A stretch of DNA of 64,000 bases from IMG/VR virus record IMGVR_UViG_3300033463_000023, positions 64,001 to 128,000 of that record; one strand, written 5' to 3'. The stretch is from a virus. Its lineage: Duplodnaviria > Caudoviricetes. Shown piece by piece: positions 63,179-64,000 of the stretch (position 1 is its first letter; each line of letters begins with the position of its first letter). The translations under genes and the position numbers were made by a program. A model generated the notes under the pieces. It was not told where the DNA came from and ran no database searches. It was given only the letters and a program-made list of their open reading frames with translations.

Positions 63179-64000
63179 TCAGCGCGGCATGCCGGCGAGG
63201 TTCCTGAAGCGCCCCCTGAGCGCGCCGCCGATCTTCGGTCGGCCCTCGCCGTGGAAGCGCACGCCGATAAGCAGGTCGTCCAGGGCGTCCGTCACGTCGG
63301 TGCGCTCACGGGGATCGCCGCCCAATGAGTCCGGGTCGGTGCTCTTCAGCTTCTCACGGCTCTTGTCCTTCTTGAAGGTGCCTGGCAGGATGCCGGCATT
63401 CTCGATGGCGGTAATGAGGTAGTCGTTACGCCCCGCCTCGCGGTTGATGCGCAGGGCCGGCGTCTGCTGGAAGGCGAGCACGTCGTTGATGAACTGGTAC
63501 TTGTCCTCGCGGAACATCGCGCCGCCCATGTCCACGTCTGTCACGTTCCACCCCATCTGCGTCAGCTCCTGGACGATCACGCGGTCGAAGCGGGTGTCCT
63601 CGGCCCCCTCCACGGCGTATGCCGTCGAGCCGCCCTGCTTGATGGTGCTGGTGAAGTAGAAGACGACGTCGCCGTTCTTGCGAAGATGCGGCTTGTAGTA
63701 GTCCGTGAAGTCACGGCACAGGGCACGCAGCTTCCGCTCGTTCATCACGTACATGCTCTTCAGGATCATCAGCGACTGGCGTCCCTCGAAGCTGCGGGTC
63801 TGCCCGATGACCATGCAGTTCAGGTTGGCGTTGCAGTCCACGGCGATCCGCAGGGGCTCCGTGTAGTCAACGTCCACGTCAAGGCTACAGTTGTCGGCGG
63901 CGGCCTGGCACTGGCTGAAGTCGATGCTCTCCGTCTCGTAGGCCGTGGGCCACTTCTGCACGTCGAGCGCCTTGCCCTTCTGCTTGACGGTGAACTTGTC
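63179..64000 (-). CDS. Terminase large subunit, C-terminal nuclease domain (5' truncated)
   Basis: Frame open to the window edge; LRIAVDCNANLN and TDVTDALDDL acidic RNase-H-like motifs; upstream of portal. Confidence 0.75.
   Translation of the reverse strand, partial: DKFTVKQKGKALDVQKWPTAYETESIDFSQCQAAADNCSLDVDVDYTEPLRIAVDCNANLNCMVIGQTRSFEGRQSLMILKSMYVMNERKLRALCRDFTDYYKPHLRKNGDVVFYFTSTIKQGGSTAYAVEGAEDTRFDRVIVQELTQMGWNVTDVDMGGAMFREDKYQFINDVLAFQQTPALRINREAGRNDYLITAIENAGILPGTFKKDKSREKLKSTDPDSLGGDPRERTDVTDALDDLLIGVRFHGEGRPKIGGALRGRFRNLAGMPR

Larger units (their letters stand above)
1..64000. mobile_element. Tailed bacteriophage/prophage region, probably siphovirus-like with a Bacteroidales host; both ends lie outside the window
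   Basis: Terminase, portal, S49 protease, capsid, tape measure, tail-tip genes and phage-type methyltransferases; no host housekeeping genes; Bacteroidetes TAnnTTTG promoters. Confidence 0.95.

Noticed and set aside
1-64000. tRNA or rRNA genes
   Set aside because: No cloverleaf with T-loop/D-loop consensus or rRNA-like stretch recognised by eye; tRNAscan-SE would be needed to exclude tRNAs formally.

Overview
The whole window is part of a large, GC-rich tailed-phage/prophage genome of a Bacteroidales (Prevotella-like) host, judged from TAnnTTTG promoters and gene families. No host genes or att sites are visible. Layout: (i) 1-9721, + strand tail-tip genes ending in an AT-rich ~8.9 kb multiple-inversion locus (shufflon). 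One short expressed gene (814-1230, ~50-aa constant N-terminus) is followed by 28 start-less silent cassettes on both strands. Each of the 29 variable segments begins at an invariant 7-bp core CTGGGCG (usually TTCTGGGCG, read as Leu-Gly), and a tyrosine recombinase gene ends right next to the last site. One cassette reads in frame through a second site, implying two-slot combinatorial products. (ii) 11.1-16.5 kb, small structural-type genes and a Cys-rich operon under a host-type promoter. (iii) 16.5-31.9 kb, - strand morphogenesis genes: probable tail tube, major capsid with a C-terminal InlB-B-repeat-like domain, S49 protease/scaffold, connector and 2815-aa tape measure. (iv) 32-61 kb, divergent early/accessory region: three DNA methyltransferases (one frameshifted in a C10 tract), two radical SAM enzymes, TrpF-like, SPFH, VWA plus PurA-like, MazG-like, ASCH and many hypotheticals. 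(v) 61.2-64 kb, portal and terminase. A 36-bp motif with fixed spacing precedes five structural genes and is a candidate late promoter. All calls come from reading motifs by eye; no database searches were run.
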